Of a DNA stretch of 64,000 nt, positions 61,501 through 64,000 are shown piece by piece. Where the stretch lies: assembly GCA_002633005.1 (NCBI GenBank), contig NMRA01000018.1, forward strand, positions 381,846 through 445,845, given 5' to 3'. The first letter of the stretch is position 1, and each line of letters opens with the position of its first letter. The stretch comes from Phoronis australis. Taxonomy: Eukaryota; Animalia; Phoronida. Position numbers and translations under genes: made by a program. The notes under the pieces are model-generated. The model was not told the DNA's origin and did no database searches. It saw only the letters and a program-made list of their open reading frames with translations.

Positions 61501-62894
61501 GTGGATTTCATTAATTTGAGAGCAGCGGAATAAGTTTCACTGACAGTCCCTCCCATTGTTGGATTAATTAATTTCACTAATTCATTTTAGCTTTTTATTC
61601 TGTGTGGGATCGAAGTTCTCCCGTTTTAACTTGCTTTGGCACGGCGGATTCTTCCTCGCATTGGAGAAAATGCATGAGTATGAAACATGATGTCCTTGTT
61701 CGCAAATTCATATTTCTAAATGTTTGCTTTTTCTGTGAGGTATTACTACATCTCACCGTACAGAAATGCAACTTCGCTGGCACTATAATAACAGAGAAGC
61801 TGTTAAAACGCTGTTTATACCAGTAGGCTAGTGAAACCTCCCGTCCGCGTTACATGGTATATGTAGGTGGCGCTCAACGCCAAAGACCTGATCGCCGTCT
61901 GGCGAGATAGTGAACTTCAATATGGTGTAGCTATTTCGAAAATCACATCTGAGTATCACACAGTGTAAATTGGGTCATTGAACGGAAATCTCAAACTACA
62001 AACCGGCCGAATAAATCAACTTAGCTTCCTGATTGAACGATCAGTGAAATCCATTTAGTCCATTCTCTACTGCCGGGAACGCTAACTGTTTTTTAAACCA
62101 AAACGAAGCATTCCATCCGAAAACAACCAAATGATGGTTTTCAAACATAATGCTTCATGCGCTTCAAAACTGAGCTGTGAGCACGGCCACCCTCTGCCAA
62201 AATAGAAACTCTTTATTTAAACAACTTACTGTCATAAAACAACTCTAAACGGGTTTCTTAGTCGTATAGAAGTGTAAGTGACAGAGCATGCTCAGGTCAT
62301 AGAATGACCCGGAGGTTTCTAAGCTAACTTTTTGAGTCTGTTCTCGAGCAGTACCCAATTCTAAGTTCTTCCCAAGTACAGAAATTTATTTACCCTGAGT
62401 AAGGAAAGTGATGAGGCCATTGGTAATAAGTGACCTAAGTAAAAATCGGAAACACTGCTTCAAGCACACATCTACGGATTTTATTAGGCTGATACGGTTC
62501 ACAACTTCTTGCTTCGTGTTTCGATGGGGATTTTCGGTTCGCTTGTTTCTCAATAAAACAAATACCAAACCTAGGAAGAAAAGTAATTGTATATTTCATC
62601 TGTCAGAACACTACTTAGGTGAACCGCTGAACTAACGACGGACCGGTCATATGTATTTAATTCTGCGATAAAATCGGGTTTCTAAATTCAGCAACTCCAG
62701 TTAGGAACCGAAATTGAGTTTCTCTTCGGTTAACCGTGAACTTACCCATCGTGAGTGTATCCCGTCTTGGTTAAAAGAGGACTGTGTGCGAAACCAATTG
62801 TTCTTGTTCCACCTTCAAATAATGTTATTTTTTCGCCTCTCAGTGGATAATTGTAACCTTTACCTCCTCTTGACACTATCCTCTCCCCTCCGTT
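58515..62894 (-). CDS. Arylsulfatase B/I/J-like sulfatase, copy B, partial (exons 8-11): join(62746-62894, 60878-61057, 60342-60508, 58515-58687); 5' exons lie beyond the window
   Basis: Same exon lengths (149, 180, 167, 173), phases and GT-AG sites as copy A, with an open frame ending WSPGWC-stop. Confidence 0.88.
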
Positions 62895-62971
62895 CTGTAA
62901 CGAAAACCGAGTATATGAATCTAATCTGTAACTCTGCTTCATTTCTCAGTAAGACAAATTCACAAAGATAA

Positions 62972-64000
62972 TATCGTCAAGAAATTAAATTGATCAGTTT
63001 GCTAAGTATTCTGGTTTGACACCCAAAATCGATAAAACTGTTTGCATATGGATTGGTTCCAAGATATGTTGTGGTGATAAACTTTGCTCTGAAAAAGATT
63101 CAAAATGGGCAAGTTCTCAGTTCACATCCCTTGGAGTTACCTTCTGTGACAACTTACAGGACATGATTCATTTAAAGTGCGATGTAAAGTTAAACGAGGG
63201 TAGGAAAGGCATTGAAAATTGGTAAAAAAATCTAACAACCTTTGGCAAGATAACGGTTGTCAAATCTTTTTATTACCGAAACTGATTCACCTCTTTTACA
63301 CACTTCCTCTTCCAAGTGCTACTTTTTTGAAGGACATTGAAAAAATATTTTTTCAATCATATATGGGGTACCTCTTCTGATAGCATCTCTATAAAGACCA
63401 TGGTACAGACTTCTGAAGATCGAGGTGGGAATAAGCATCATTTGTCAAAGCTATTAAACTGACTTGGATTCGGAGATACTTCAAAAATTATTATAACAAT
63501 ACTTCTCCTTGGCTAAACATTTTATGTGAAACTATTCCTAATATAAAAAATGTCTCTTTTCAGTTAGTTTCTTGTTTTTTTCTTTGAAGTATCTAACCGT
63601 ACTAAGAATATTTTTGAAAGGATATTTTATATCTTATACGAATTTATCAATCTGTTTGAGATAGATGACCTGTACCAATCTTTGTGGTATAACCCCAAAA
63701 TTTGTATAGACATACATGTAAGTCCAATTTTTGGAGCGAGTGGTTTCAGAAGGGTATACGATACGTATACGATTTAATTGACCCTGATAAAGGATATATT
63801 TATGATTATCATACCTTTTGTACACGTATCAATTTTGTCCTTGTATTACTCATTTTTATGGAAATTGAAGTTCAATACTTCGTTCTTGGAATCATCTAAA
63901 TACAAGAGTACTATAGTTACTCCATTTTTTCCAGAACATGTTTTTCGAATCTCCTCGGAAAATAAAGGGACGGGGAAAATCTATTAATTATTCATATCCA
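62972..64000 (+). mobile_element. L1/Tx1-clade LINE reverse-transcriptase C-terminal remnant (decayed), in intron 7 of sulfatase B
   Basis: QFAKYSGLTPKIDKT...FTSLGVTF...IENW, LTTFGKITVVKSFLLPKLIHLF, DIEKIFF and KAIKLTWIRR across frameshifts and stops. It begins where similarity to copy A stops. Confidence 0.75.

Larger units (their letters stand above)
56450..62968. repeat. Segmental tandem duplication of ~27610-35650 (sulfatase exons 8-11, their introns and 3' flank)
   Basis: Colinear similarity through introns and ~2-2.5 kb of 3' flank, with many indels. The stop codons are 28430 bp apart. Confidence 0.9.

Overview
This is AT-rich eukaryotic DNA with GT-AG introns and assembly Ns, probably from an invertebrate animal; the repeat content suggests a marine lophotrochozoan, but that is inference. 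It holds three host genes. (1) A two-coding-exon SPATA2/Tamozhennic-like gene on + (6766-12420, 496 aa), with a PUB-like N-terminus and two C-terminal RanBP2/NZF-type zinc fingers. (2) A complete 11-exon arylsulfatase-B-like sulfatase on - (53693-30085, 498 aa, CTPSR motif). (3) The last four exons of a tandem paralogue of that sulfatase (62894-58515). The rest is mostly mobile DNA: a decayed Ngaro/DIRS tyrosine-recombinase retrotransposon present twice around an N (probably two haplotypes), Helentron/HINE-like arrays with a CTCF-like motif in each ~150-bp monomer, a Penelope-like insertion with inverted terminal repeats that each carry a minimal hammerhead ribozyme, THAP-bearing DNA-transposon relics, several foldback MITEs with readable target-site duplications (TSDs), an L1/Tx1-like RT remnant and microsatellites. 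I cannot support a clearly new multi-gene system. The best leads are the intronic ribozyme pair, the CTCF-motif arrays, a ~100-bp hairpin element with long unequal TSDs, and the exon-specific divergence and furin-like site in the duplicated sulfatases. All exon models, motif calls and family assignments were made by eye, without database searches.
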